Below are positions 26,111 through 39,720 of a stretch of 64,000 bases of DNA, piece by piece. Both the position numbers and the translations under genes were made by a program. This stretch comes from the human T2T-CHM13v2.0 reference genome, Homo sapiens, in assembly GCF_009914755.1 (NCBI RefSeq), contig NC_060930.1; one strand, written 5' to 3'. The notes under the pieces were generated by a model, which saw nothing but the letters and a program-made list of their open reading frames with translations, did not search any database and was not told the DNA's origin. The first letter of the stretch is position 1, and every line of letters starts with the position of its first letter.

Positions 26111-28550
26111 TTTTCATATTTGTAGCTCATTTAACATAAGAATTCTTAATATAGAGATAACATATAAAGTAATTTTTTAATTAATTTCAGTTAAGTTCTA
26201 GTAAGGGGTCTCTGGGACCATTACTTCCTCCGGAACTTAGGACCTTCCAGGCAAATGACATTTTCTAATGAAATTTTTATATGTGGTTTTCAAGTCATTC
26301 CCCTAATAATTAAAACCTGTGTGCCTCAGATATAAAGTTGATTAGTGAAAACTCCTTATACTACTATTGCTTGTATTTAGACATGAATAATATATTTGTA
26401 ATAATAGTGTAGGGTAAATATTTGGCTATGATTTCTTTTTGTTTAAGATTAGTGGGCTATATTTGCTTGAGAATTAGGCAGAAATAACTGGTCTCCCTAT
26501 TTCCGCTTAGGCAGCCTGAATACTAAATACCTGGTAATTATAGTCTACCCCCTCTTTGTATGGACCCTGATTAAGAGTCAGATTCAACCCCACTGGCCTT
26601 ATAAGAGAACTGGGCCATGACAGGCAGGGACATGTTGGTGAATTCTCTCTGAGTTAGAGAGGAACAACCAGACAAATACTCACTTGTGCTATTTCTGCAT
26701 ATTAAGGACCACTGATAGAATTTTTTCCTTGGTCTGATAAGAAAAGATTCCACTTTCTGAGGACAATACACACCACCCCTTCCCAGCAGTCTGTGTAAAT
26801 CCTAATCTTCTTGGAGTGAGAAAAATCATTAAATTCTACCATCTCTCTTTGTCCAGGAACCTCCACTTTTCCTCTCTACTGATCTTGGGAGGAACAGGAG
26901 ATGACAAGAAAGTTAGCTTTTGTTTTTATTCATATACTGGGTCCATGAAACTGTATGAATAGTTGCTTCATATAAAGGGGAGAAAACCTATTTGGTTTTA
27001 TATCTGAATCTGCAAAATTAGTTTCACTTGAAACTTAAATATACTTGCATCATTCTTTTCCTTTAGCCAAAAACTGAGGTACCTCAATGAGATCATGTTC
27101 AGAATAGGAGTTCAATTTTTGTTGAATTGAACAGTGTACTTGAGACCAGGCAGATGATGCTTATGTCATTATAATTTCTACCCAAACAGAAGACTGGCAG
27201 TATAAAACATAAAACCTCCTCTCTAGGATTTCAATCATTCTCTTTCATAAAGACAAAATAATCTCTCATTAAAGTGAAGCTCATTTATATTCATGTAGAG
27301 ATAATATGCAACCCTCCCCTCCCCCTCAAAAAAGACTAGCTCTGTATGATTGCAGTAACATCTAATCAGTTACAATTTGTGTGGTTTCTTTTTTTCCCTT
27401 TTTTCCAGAAAGCTAACTACATTTACATGATCAGCATGATACATATCAAAATACTTGTTAATGTGAACTCAATTTGAATGATACCAGGGGTTTTACGTTT
27501 ACTGGAGCTGATTTACCAGGTAGAAGTGCTTGATTATTTTCCCCCTTGCCAAGATTAAAAAAAAAATTGGAATTTAGGAGATAGTGATAAGTTTAATTAA
27601 AGTGGAACTTTAAAAAAGTATTTTAAAAGGGTTATTTTAAGATGCCTAAATTTCAGTAAGTCATACAAAATAATTATGGAAGCTAAAGGAATTTTCAAAC
27701 TTTACAAATGTTCACTTGGTGTCTTCATTCTTCTTTTTTATGTCCTTAAGTCTGATTCCAGAATTTAAGTTCTTTTTGAAATTTGAAAGTAAATATTTGA
27801 ATTTACTTGTTCTCCCACTTTAAGTTTTTTGAACTAACACTGAGAGAAATAAACTTAAAGCATATTGAAGACACTGCATTTTTAAGGTCTCTTTATAACA
27901 GCAGCTTAGCCTCTGACCTACATGATTTATTGTAGATTCATTGTACTTGATGCAACTGATCAGAAATCATAGTCAGCATTAGCAATATAACTAAATGGCT
28001 TTTGCTTTTCTATATGTTAATCAACTCTTCTGGCTTAGGTCTCAGGCCCAAGATTCTATTCTCACTCCTGTAATCCTGCCCATTTACTCAGAAGTGCAGG
28101 CAATACTGACATCCAAGGCAATTCTTGATACACTGCATATATGAATTTCTGTCTTCTACTTTTAAAATTTTTCTTTATTCTTTCTTTCTTGTTTCAACAG
28201 TATTCTGAATTAATTAATTAAAGTCTCATGGGCAGTATTTTTTATATACTGCGAACTTCAGGATAAAGATTCTGAAATACTTCCCTGCTTGAGAGGCTTT
28301 AACTTATTTTTTCATATGAATGTCCAATATGTTAAAAATATAGTGGTGGTAATAGTGATCATTCACAGCACCCATCAATGAAACAGGTTGCATTAGATGC
28401 ATTGGATTTAATAGTCTAGTCTTTTTAGTCACCTTTAACATGGAGCAGGTCCATAGACCTCCTTGGTTCACCTGGCAAGATCTCTTTTTCATAAAAATCT
28501 TGAGACTCTCTGAGAGTTGTGCTTCTCTTTTGTACAAAAACATGTTTCAA

Positions 28551-28678
28551 TTTACAACAAATTAATAAATATTTGTTACATGAATGAATAAATACAGAAA
28601 CTTACATGGTTAATTTTACAGCAAATCAATAAATATTTGTTAAATAAATGAATAAAGACATAAATTTACATGGTTAAT
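28551..28678. repeat. 64-bp tandem duplication containing an L2-like tail
   Basis: Units 28551-28614 and 28615-28678 align without gaps with 7 mismatches. Confidence 0.9.
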
Positions 28679-29099
28679 TTTATGAAGTTTTGCTAATTGG
28701 TCAGGAAAAAAAATTACTTTTCCACTGTCGTATATGATGACAGCCATCTTCCACCTTTCATTTACCACTTAGCAAATTATTTCTTATGCTGTAAGATTTT
28801 ACTCTGTGAACACAGCTTCTTGAAGTTTAAATTTATTCTTAATGAGAAAATCTCAGTTAACATAACAGAAAGGCATTGCCTGAAGAAGCAGAGAAAAGAT
28901 ACTAATGTAAGTATCAAATAGATGTTATTGGCCCTATTGAAAAAGGTGAATATATAACCTATATTAATCTCATGCTTCCTAAGAATTGGACATTGGTAAA
29001 ACTTTTTAAAATGTATATATTTTTCATAAATTATTTTTCAATTTAAGTGATATTACAAAGAAAGACATTTATATTTTCCTGAACCTCCTATAAAGTATC

Positions 29100-31340
29100 T
29101 TTTGTTTGCTTATTTTTTAATTTATAAGAGAAAACTAATTCCAAAGTAAATGTTTTTAATAACATTCCAATTTTTAGCAACTTATTTTTTCAAGATAGGC
29201 TTATTGACATTAACATTCTTCATATTGTTTGAAGTTTGAAAGCTCACATGATGCCCCTTGAATCCTAAGTATTTCAAAGTATATTTCTTAGGGATAAATA
29301 TATTATCCTACCTATAATGCTATACTAATTTTAACTTTCAAAATTAGAAAGTTAACATTCGTGCAATAGTATCATCTAATCTAGAGATGTTATTCAAATT
29401 TTTCCAATTTTCCCAATAATGTCTCTTATTTTAAAAATCCTGTCTGATTCAATATTATTCATTAGATTTACTTATTCAGCCTTTTACTCCCTTTTAATAT
29501 GGAGCAGTTCCACAAATTTTCTTTAACTTTCTCGACCTTGACATATCTGAATAGTATAGAGCAGTTATTTTATAAGTGTCTCTCAATTTGAGCATGTTTG
29601 ATATTTCATCACTGTCAGATTGTCATATGCCCATCTGGAGTAATACTTAAGTGATGTTGTATTTTTCTCAGTGCATTACATAAGGAGGCACATTACATCA
29701 GTTTGAGCCATTATTGGACATGTTAATTTTGATTAATCATTTGCCTGCCAAATTTCTCCACTATAAAGTTATTACTTTTCTCTTTGTAAGTAATACGTGT
29801 TTTGTAGAGAGATACTTTGAAATACATAAATCTCTTATTCCTTAACAAGCTTTCACTCACTAGTTTGTGTCTGTTAATAATTATTACTATAGTGAAAGTT
29901 AAATGGTGATTTCTTCAACTATCATTTCTTCTAAATTTATTAGTCAGCATTCTACTGTAAGGAAGAGGTTTTCTTTTCTTTTCCCCCCATTTTTTCATTC
30001 ACTTATATCAGTATGGACTCATGGATTTTTATTTTCCTTAATGAGTTATAATCCATTATTATCACTGTTTTGAAGTTCAATGTATCCCAGCTTTGGCCAG
30101 TGGCATCCCCTTCAAGCAGCCCCTAAGGCCTTTTGACATGTCTCTGTCATTTTTTGATTACATCCGTATATTAAGGCACAGGATATTCCAGATCCATATT
30201 GTACTTTCTTTTCTGAGCCAGCCTGGAATCAGCCATTTTTCCAAGAAGTCTTGGATCCTTTAATTTAGACACCAAGATATGGTTGGTTCATTGTTACTGG
30301 AGAGGCATTGATTTCAGGATCTCTCAACAGAGGGAGCTAGCAATTCTATACTGGTTTCCCTGTCTTGCTCACTCTTGTTCTCTTTTCCTCTCTCCCTCCC
30401 TTCCTGCCTCCCTCTCACTCATTCTCTATGTGTGCCTCTGAGAGTGTGTGTGCATGTGTTTGTGCAATATAGTTATATCTATTATTTCTACTTCATCTAT
30501 CTATATATCTAATCCCTCCCTCCTCTCCTTCCTTCCTTCCTTTCCTTCCTTCCTTCTTTCTCTCTTCTCTTTCTTCCTTTCTTTCCTTTCTTTCTTTCTT
30601 TCTTTCTCTTTCTTTCTTTTCTTTCTTCTTTCTTTTTCTTTCTTTCTTCTTTCTTTTTCTCTCTTTGCCATGAGTACATGTCAGTACCATCAATTCTAAC
30701 CCAATACCAGAGAATTTATTCTAGCCCTCCTTCTTTCCATATTTCTAAGAGTAAGAAACCTGACTCCAATTATCCTCAAAATATTTATTTGTTTGTTCAA
30801 TTCACTGAAACTGCCAACCCTTCCCACTGCAAAGTCAAACTTACTGACTAGAGTTCAATATTTTCTTACATTTCTCTCTGTTAGTAGCCTAAGAGTACAT
30901 GTTCAAAATATGTTCTTCAGCTTTACTTGAGTTAGTTTTGGCTCTTTTTCCACCCCTTCAATGTGGTTATATTATTGTTGACATATTATTACTATTGTGG
31001 TGGTGATGGCTATTGTTTAATATGTAAAACATTAGTGTGGTTTCAGGAATTCTCATGCTAAAAGGGAATGCTCGGAGAATTATTTCTTGCACTCCTCACT
31101 TTCACTCATTCTTAGCCCCAATTCCTTTCATCCTGTTTTATTTTTACCCCGTATACTTTCTGCCATGTTTCAAAGCTTCCTTTTTTACATAATCAATCTT
31201 ATGAATTTGTTTGATCATTCCAGTCTCTTTAAAAAAAAGTCTTCTCTCTCTTTCTCTAAATATATGATATATATATTTATGTGTCTGTGTGTGATATCTC
31301 CCCTCCTTTTTTACACGAAATTTGCTTCCTATAGGTACTT
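29100..31340 (-). mobile_element. L1MC4/5-like 3' UTR remnant
   Basis: atgcccctt..cctaagtatttc; cccagctttggccagtgg..cccttcaag; cagcctggaatcagccattttt.ccaaga are L1MC 3'-UTR hallmarks. Confidence 0.7.
30514..30666. repeat. Polypyrimidine (CCTT/CTTT)n low-complexity tract
   Basis: About 150 nt of only C and T. Confidence 0.95.
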
Positions 31341-31349
31341 TTTTTAACA

Positions 31350-33155
31350 CTTTATTTTTTTTAGAGCAGTTTAAGGTTCACAGCAGAATTGAGAGGAAGG
31401 TACAAAGATGTCCCATATGCTCCCTGCCCCCTGCCCCCACACGCATACCTTTCCATTATCAATATTCCCCTCTGGAGTGATACATTTGTTCAATTGATGA
31501 ACCTACAATGATATGTCATAATCACCCAATGTCTATAGTTTACATTAGGTTTCACTCTTGGTGTTGTACATTCTATGGGTTTGGATAAATGTGTAATGAC
31601 ATATATCTATTGTTATAAGATTATACAGAATATTTTCATTGCCCTAAAAATCCTCTGTGTTCCTCCTAGTCATGCCTTCCCTCTCCCAACCCCTGGCAGT
31701 TACTAACTTTTTTACCGTCTCCATAGTTTTGGCTTTCCCATATTATATAGGTGGAATCATGCAGCCCCTCTAAATTGGCTTCGTTCACTTTTTAATACAC
31801 ATTTAAGATTCCTCCATGTCTTTTTATAGCTTGATAGCCCATTTTGTTTAGCACTGAATAAATCCATTATCTGGATTCACCACACACAGTATTTTGTATT
31901 TTGTTAAAAAATCTATTTACCTACTGAAGGACATCTTGGTTGCTTCTGACTTTTGGCAATTATGAGCAAAACTGCTATAAATTTTTGGTGTGCAGGTTTT
32001 TGTGTGAATGTAAGTTTTCAACTCTTTTGTGTAAATACCAAGGTGTGTGATTGCTGGATCATATAGTAAAAGTAATTTAGTTTTGTAAGAAATTGCCAGA
32101 CTGTGTTCCAGGGTAGCTGTACCACTTTCCATTCCCACCGATGATAAAAGAAAGGTCATTACTCCACATGCTTGCCAGTATTTGGTGTATTTGGTGTTCT
32201 GGATATTCGCCACTCTAATAGGTGTATAATGGTATCTCATTGTTGTTTTAATTTGCAATTTCCTAATGGCATTTAATGTGAAGCATGTTTTCATATGCTT
32301 ATTTGTCATCTGCATATTTCCTGTTAAGTCTTAATTTTTTAATTAGATTGTTTTCTTCTTGGTGCATTTAAAGAGTTCTTTGTATATTTTAGATAACAGT
32401 CTTTTATCGGCTGTGTCTTTTGCAAATATTTTCTCCCAGTCTACGGATTGTCTTCTATTCTCTTGACATATTTTACACGGCAAAATATTTTATTTTAACG
32501 AGGTCCAGCATATCAATTTTTTTTCATGAATTGTACCTTTGGTGTTGTACCTAAAAAGTCATCACTATACTCAAGGTCATCAAGGCCTCTTTCTATGTTA
32601 TTTTCTAAGAGTTTTATAGTTTTATACTTTACAGTGAGGTCTATGATTCATTTTGAATTTTTTTTATGAAGAGTATAAAGCCTATGTCTAGATTCCTACT
32701 TTGGCATGTAGTTGTACAGTTGTTCCAGCACTATTTGTTAAAAAAGATTACATTAGCTTCATTATAGTGCCTTTGCTCCTGTGTCAAATATCAGTTGACC
32801 ACATGTGTGTGGGCCTATTTCAGGGCTTTCTATTCTGTTCCATTGATTGCCAATACCACACTGTCTTGATTATTTTAGCTTTATATAGTAAGTTTTCAAG
32901 TTGGGTATTGTCAGCCTTCCAACTTTGTTCTCTTTCAATACTGTGTTGGTTATTATGGGTCTTTTGCTTCTCCATATGAACGTTTGAATAAATTTATAGA
33001 TATTCACAAAATAATTTGCTGGGATTTTGGTTGACAATGTGTTGTATCTATACATCAAGGTGGGAAGTACTGACATCCTAACAATTTTGAGTCTTCCTAT
33101 CCATGGACATGAAATATCTCTTCATTTATTTAAATCTTCTTTGATTTTATTCATA
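31350..33155 (-). mobile_element. L1MC1-like, 5'-truncated (3' UTR plus ORF2 C-terminus)
   Basis: tagagcagtttaaggttcacagcagaattgag.. 3' end. ORF 31917-32315 gives [24 protein letters not shown] (ORF2p C-terminal region). Confidence 0.85.
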
Positions 33156-33434
33156 AATTAACATAAGAATATATGGTTCAACTGCAAAAAATACAAATAC
33201 AAATAAAAAGACAAAACATACATACTTCTAAATAAATTTTGTCTTTTTTATCCTTCTAATGATGTATTTATTTATTGCTTATATGCATTTCCTTTAGTAA
33301 ACTATCTTTAATTCCATTTGAAAGTGGCTCAGTAGAAATAGAATACATAAATAAAGATTATTTTTAATCAGCTTGTCACTATTCAGACTCTTTCTATCAA
33401 TAACTCTATCAATAAAATAACTCTTTCTCTCAAT

Positions 33435-33925
33435 AACTAGATGTTATTGTTCTGTTATATATCACTGAAAAAGATACAAACCTAAAACTTCATATTTTAA
33501 AGCAATAATATTATCTCTCACAGTTCTGTGGGTTTACTGGGCCCATCAGGATTGTTCTGCTGTTCTTACTTGGGACTTTATGGGGTGGCATGCAGATGTT
33601 AGCTGGGGGTAAAGTCCTGTGGACTTTCATCTAGAATGCTTGGGTGATAGGGCCAATCTCTCTCTCAATATAGTCTCAGGGACTCTTTTCAAGTGGTCTT
33701 TTCTCAGGGTAGCCAGACTCCTTAGATGGTAATTCAAGGCTCCCAAAATGTGAAAGTAAAAGCTGTCAGGCCTTCTTAGGGCATAGCCCAGAATGGAAAA
33801 TGTTACTGTCTCCATTTTCGATTAGTTAACACCAGTCACCCGCCCAGTTTAGATTGAGGGAGAAGAGACAATACAAAGACATAAACACCAGGAGGCATAG
33901 TTTATTGTGGTCCATCTTTGTTGTG
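33435..33925 (-). mobile_element. MLT1 (G/H-like) MaLR LTR
   Basis: ttatctctcacagttctgtgggtt..cagggtagccagactcctta.atggt..aagctgtcaggccttctta..aacaccaggaggca. Confidence 0.7.
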
Positions 33926-35645
33926 CTCTTCAACATCCCATTTACATTCAGAAGTACAAAACAAAGAGCAGATAATTTCTCTTTACTTCTGCTATTTTCA
34001 CAAAACAAAGCAATCTTCAAATGATTTCCCACTTCTTAAATGTGTCCTGGTTAACTATATGCTTCCTTTCTCTGATTTCTTACTTCCTAGAGTTGTTTAG
34101 ATTGCCAGGGCCAATGGCCAAACCATGAACATTTACTGGCCAATATTTGTTTTCTGCAAAATGTATTTTAAATACAGTGGATGAATCCCAAAATTATGCC
34201 TTATTTTTGACTTTCTTTTTCTTTTTACTATGAATAGAAATTGTGTGAGAGTCAAAAGCCTTGACAGCTGGGAATCTGCTTGTTTGTTATTGTATCACTT
34301 GCCTTGTACATAGTAAGTGATAAAACATACTTGCTGTATTGAAAATTGAACGGATTCTACAGTGAAATCTTTATGTCCCATGTTTTCACTAGGTCCAGTG
34401 AGAAACTTGGCTTACGCAAGATGCTGCTTTCTCAATAACTGCATTCCTCCTTCCCTGTGGCACAAAAGCTATATTTATGTTGTGAGCTCCCCAGTCCTAG
34501 GCAACTTGGTGTAGAAAAACTGGAATGAGATCCTGCCTTCAGCTTGGAAGTCTATACCTGAAAAGTCTCAGCCTGAATATTTCCTTTTTGTTTTTAGCAA
34601 TTACTATCAGAATTATTCTAATATGGAATACACTAGAACCTCCACCAACATATTCTCTTCTTGAGCCAACTTTGTTAAATTTAATTTCGTGATGATTAAT
34701 TAAAGTAACAAAAAACTCCAAAAGAAAAATCAGTTTAGATTTTAGTTGACAATTTTTCTAAACCTTATTCTTTTTAATCAGTCACAATATTACAAAATTA
34801 TTTTTTGAACAGTTAGTTGTACGATTCATTTTCAATCTAAAATCCTGCCTGCAGATTAAGAAGGTAGGTGTGTGCTGTAGCTAGATTTCATCTGATGGCT
34901 AAATTTTCAATATGTGTGCTACTAAATCTTGATCTGTGCTCTGTGACTCCTTTAAACTCTATCAATGGGGTGCCTTCCAGAAACTGAACTAGTACATTCT
35001 CTGCTGAACTTATCTCAGTAGGACTTTTCTCTATTGAATATTTGACAGCAGCCTTTCATTCAATGTGTGGGCATTTGTGTATTTTAGCAATTAGGAACTT
35101 GTAATATTTAATAATATGAAAAATAATTTAAAGTGATATTAACTTGGATTATAAGCTATATATGAGGTTTTTTTTTTGTTGTTGTTGTTGTTTTTTTTTA
35201 AGACCATCTTTTTTGTGTGAGTATAAGCAAGAGAAAGCAGTTATCTTCAACGAGGAGAAGGCACACTGCTCCATGGCTCATTTCTGTCCACACCAGCAGT
35301 CCTAGTAGTTAGCCTACCACAGGCCACATAAGCCTTCTCAGTCTTCTTTTATAGCCAAGTCAGCCACAAATAGGGCAGGAGCAAGAGTCAAAAATACACC
35401 TTGGGAAGTGAATACATATGGCATATTTCATCATTTGGAATATATTCATTTATAACTTTGAAAATTCCTTTATGTAGCTGTGTAACTAATCAGTGAGAAT
35501 TATTTTACATACTTTAACTAGGTTCCAAGTATTACAATGCCGACCATTGGTACGAATTTTCAGATGACATATATCAATGTCTGAAAATTTGTAATTAATA
35601 GGAAAACTCCAAAGGAAGTCATGAGAGCCTAGTTACATCAGACAG

Positions 35646-35647
<2 letters not shown>

Positions 35648-35676
<29 letters not shown>
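35648..35676. repeat. (CA)n microsatellite
   Basis: Perfect CA run. Confidence 0.95.
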
Positions 35677-36224
35677 CTTATGTAATTTATAATTTTTAGC
35701 TTTATTCATCTTGAACTTTATTCCTATCGACTTTGCTGAGGAGTTTCTTTTCTTTTTTTCTTTTTTTTTTTCTCTTCCTTTCCAGGCTAATTTGATCTTC
35801 AAAGCCTCCCTGACAGCTTTATCCTGTTCTTTGACTCTGGCTAGGCCCCTGAACCCACTCAATTAATTACACGAGAGAGTAATTTTCCTTTTGTCAGCAA
35901 GATCTTGCTTCTTACCAACATTTCTCTAGCTAACTTTTCCTTTGGCTGAATTCTATTTCATTGTCTTAATAACTAAACAAAGAAGAATAAGAGAAAAAAC
36001 AACACTCAAAGAAAAAATGAAAATTATTACTAATTAATATTTTCTATATTCTTAGAATGCTTTGGATTTACTGATCAAACTAATTTATGTTGCATTAGTT
36101 TACATTAAGTTATACCAAATGCATGCTAGTAATGGTGAAAATAAATATTTGCATAAGTAACTGTAATTGAAAGAAAAACAAAGTGTCATACTCTTATAAG
36201 AACGTAGCCAATTTTTATATACTG

Positions 36225-36435
36225 CTTTTTATTTGTTAAGCACAGATCTATGGGTTTTACTTTTATTAAGTCATTTAACTCTCAAAACAGTCCCCTGAAG
36301 TAGTTTTACCATCCCCCTTTGCAGCTGAAGAAACTGAAGTGCAGAAAACTTAAGTCACTTGGTTGAGATCATACAGGAAGAACCGAGAGCTGAACCTGTT
36401 TTAATAGTCCATAACCTTAACCTTTAGAGAAAGGT
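36225..36435 (-). mobile_element. MIR SINE
   Basis: tcatttaactctcaaaacagtccc.tgaagtag..gcagctgaagaaactgaagtgcagaaaacttaagtcacttg. Confidence 0.7.
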
Positions 36436-36440
36436 CACTA

Positions 36441-38805
36441 CCAGCATATCTTGGAGATATTGCTGGTTCAGTTCCTAACCACCTCAATAAAGTTACTATC
36501 ACAGTAATGCAAGCGATATTAATATTTTGGTTTCCCAATGCATACAAAAGTTATATTTACACTATCCTGTGGTCTATTGAGTATGCAATAACATCAGGTC
36601 TTTAAAAACAATTTACATACCTTAATTTTAAAAGACTGCTAAAAATGCTAATGAACATCTGAGACTTCAGCAAGTTGTAATCTTTTTGCCTGTGGAAAAT
36701 CTTGCCTCAAGATTGATGGCTGCTAACTCATTAAGGTGGTGTTGCTAAAGGTTGAAGTGGCTGTGGCAATTTCTTAAAGTAAGACTACAATGCAGTTTGC
36801 CATATCAATGGACTCTTCCGCTTATGAGAGATTTCTCTGTAGTAAGTGATGCTGTTGAATAGCATTTTACCTGCAGTAGAACTTCCTTCAAAATTGAAGT
36901 CAATCCTCTCAAATCCTGCCACTGCTTTATCAACTAAGTTTATGTAAGCAATATTCTAAATATTTTGTTTTCATTTCAGCAATGTGCACAGTATCTTCTT
37001 CACTAGAAGTAGATTCATCTCAACAAACCACTTGCTTTGTTCAGTCACATACAGCAACATCTCGCCCATTCATGTTTTATCATGAGATTGTAGCAATTCA
37101 GTCAAATCGTTGGGCTCCACTTCTAATTCTACCTTACCTGCTATTTCCACTGCTATTACCTGCAGTTATTTCCTCCAGTAACATCTTGAACTACTCAAAG
37201 TCAATCATGAGAGATGAAATCAACTTTGTTCAAATTCCTGTTAATGTTGAAAATTTGACCTCCTCCCATTAATCACAAATGTTTTTAATGAGATCTAGAA
37301 TGGTGAATTCTTTCCAAATGGTTTTCAATTTACATCACCCAGATCCATCAGAAGAATCACTATCTATGCAATCTTTAGCTCTTGGGAATGTATTTCTTAA
37401 ATAATAAGACTTGAAAGGTGCAATTACTTCTTGATCCATGGACTGCAGAATGGATACTGTTTTAGTAGGCATGACGACAACTTCAATCTTCTTGTATATC
37501 GCCATCAGAGCTCTTGGGTGACCAAGTGCATTGCCAATGTGCAGTAATATTTAAAAAGTGATTTATCTTTTTTTTTCTGAGCAGTGGGTCTCAACGGTTG
37601 ACTTAAAATATTCAGTAAACCATGCTGTAAGCAGATGTGGTGTTATACAGGCTTTGTGTTTGCATGTATAGAGCAAACACAGAGTAGATTTAGCATAATT
37701 CTTAAGGCCTCTAGGATTCACCATTTTGGAATGGTAAATGAGCATTGTTTTCAACTTCAAGTCACCAGCTGCCTTAACATCTCATAAGAGAGTCAGCCTG
37801 TCCTTTGAAGCTAGGCATTGACTTCTCCTCTCTAACTATGAAAGCCCTAGATGGCATCTTCTTTCAATAGTAGACTGTTTTGTCTTCATCAGTGATATTA
37901 ACTAGATCTTCTGGATAACTTGGTGAAGCTTCTGCATCAGCACATGGTGTTTCGAATTGCACTTTTATGTTATGGAGGTGGCTTCTTTCCTTAAACCTCA
38001 TGAACCAACCTCTGTTAGCTTCAATCATTTCTTCTGCAGCTTCCTCACCTCTCTCTGCCTTCAAAGAATTGAAGAACATTAGAGCCTTGCTCTGGATTAG
38101 GCTCTGCCATAAGGGAATGTTGTAACTGGCTTGATCTATGCAGACTACATAAACTTTCTCTATATCAGCAATAAGGCTGTTTTGCTTTTTTATCATTCAT
38201 GTGTTCTCTGAACTCACACTTTTAATTTCCTTCAAGAACTTTTTTTTGGCATTCACAACTTGGCTAACTCTTTGACACAACAGATCTAGATTTCCACCTC
38301 CCATTTCAGTTTTCAACATGTTTTCCTCACTAAGCTTAATTATTTCTAGCTTTTGATTTAAAGGGAGATATGTGGGGCTCTTCCTTTCACTTAAACACTT
38401 ACAGGTCATTTAGGGTTATTACTTGGCTGAATTTCAATATTGTTATGTCTCAGGGAATAAGGAGGCTTGAGTAGAGGGAAAGAAACAGGGTGGTTAGCCA
38501 GTGTAGCAGTCAGAACACACACATTTATTGATCAAGTTCATCATTTTATCTGGGTGCAGTTTGTGGCAAAACAATTACATTGGTATCATCAAAGATCACT
38601 GATCACAGATCACCATAGAAGATTTAATAGTACTAAAAGTTTTGAAATATTATAAGAATTACTAAAATTTGACATAGAGGCACAAAATGAGCACATGCTA
38701 TTGGAAAAAATGGCGCTGATAGACTTGCTCAATGCAGGGTTGCCACAAACCTTCAATTTGAAAAACATGCAGTATCTGTGAAGCAAATAAAATAAGGTAT
38801 GCCTG
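36441..38805 (-). mobile_element. Tigger1 (TcMar/pogo DNA transposon), near full length
   Basis: Both TIRs present (ccagcatatcttggagatattgc ... aaataaggtatgcctg). TA duplications at 36439-36440 and 38806-38807. Internal transposase remnants. Confidence 0.95.
37070..38409 (-). pseudogene. Disrupted Tigger1 (TIGD1-like) transposase ORF
   Basis: Fragments [47 protein letters not shown] and KNYAKSTL, separated by stops and frameshifts. Confidence 0.9.
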
Positions 38806-38821
38806 TATTGAGAAAGGTAGA

Positions 38822-39050
38822 GAACTAGCATTTGTTAAATGACACCAGCTATCCTGATAAATACTGTACATACATTGTCCCATTTACTCCTCCAAACAAC
38901 TATATTATGGAATACTAATATTCTTATTTTGCAGAGAAAAAAACAGATTCTTATACTGTCAGAAAACTTTACCAAATTTGACAACTATTAAGATGCATAA
39001 TTATGTTAAAATGTGGGTCTATTGCACTCAAGAGTTCCATTTTATTACAC
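38822..39050 (-). mobile_element. MIR SINE
   Basis: agcatttgttaaatg..cattgtcccatttactcctccaaacaac..attttgcagagaaaaaaacaga. Confidence 0.6.
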
Positions 39051-39199
39051 CTTGTAATATTGATGGGTTTTAAAGTGAGTATTAAAATAATCTGTACTCA
39101 GTATTTAAAAAAATGGATGTGTGCATTGGGTGCAGGAACCCTAAATGAAAAGAGAATAATGTACTGGGGTACATAAGAGTAGAGAACATCATAAATAGC

Positions 39200-39720
39200 A
39201 TACTTTGTGTGCTTTTTCTAGTAGGTAGAGGAGTTACTGAATGGTTCCAAGGCGAGAGTAACCTGAAGAGATACGAACATTTTAGAAAGACAACTTGGGC
39301 ATCAATATATAAGACTGATGGGAAAAGTGTGGTTTGAGATGTGCTAAAGATGTAATATTTTCAAGATTTGAACGCTAATTTGATGTAGGATGTAAGAGGA
39401 AATAAATTGTTTAGTCTAAGGCTCAGTTTTTTAACTGGTATACTGAGTAAAAAATGAGGCTGTGGACCAACATAGACATTTCAGGTAGGGAAGCAAGTTT
39501 GATACAAAAGAAGATGAATTCAGTCATGTAAATGTATTATTTTTGAGTACTTTTAGATCATCCAGTTGGAGATAGTCACAAATAGTTGGCTGTGTAGGTT
39601 TGGCTTTGAAGATTAAGATTTTGTAATTATCATCATAGAGGGGATAGTTGAAGTTATGGAATTGAATTAGTATCCTCAAGAAAAGAATGCAAAATAGTTT
39701 CTCTAAGTTAAATGCGGCAA
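39200..39720 (-). mobile_element. L2 remnant
   Basis: aagaagatgaattcagt..gtacttttagatcatccagttggagat..catcatagagggatagttgaagttatgg. Confidence 0.55.

Noticed and set aside
26480-26900. Possible old LTR (similar unassigned stretch at 16050-16790)
   Set aside because: Composition is suggestive, but I could not match termini or a family consensus.
30448-30699. Lys/Glu/Arg-rich and Phe/Ser/Leu-rich ORFs
   Set aside because: Translations of the CT microsatellite.
27361-35885. Strong-looking splice acceptors at 27408, 28200 and 35785
   Set aside because: Only weak or no matching donors, and pyrimidine tracts are abundant here.
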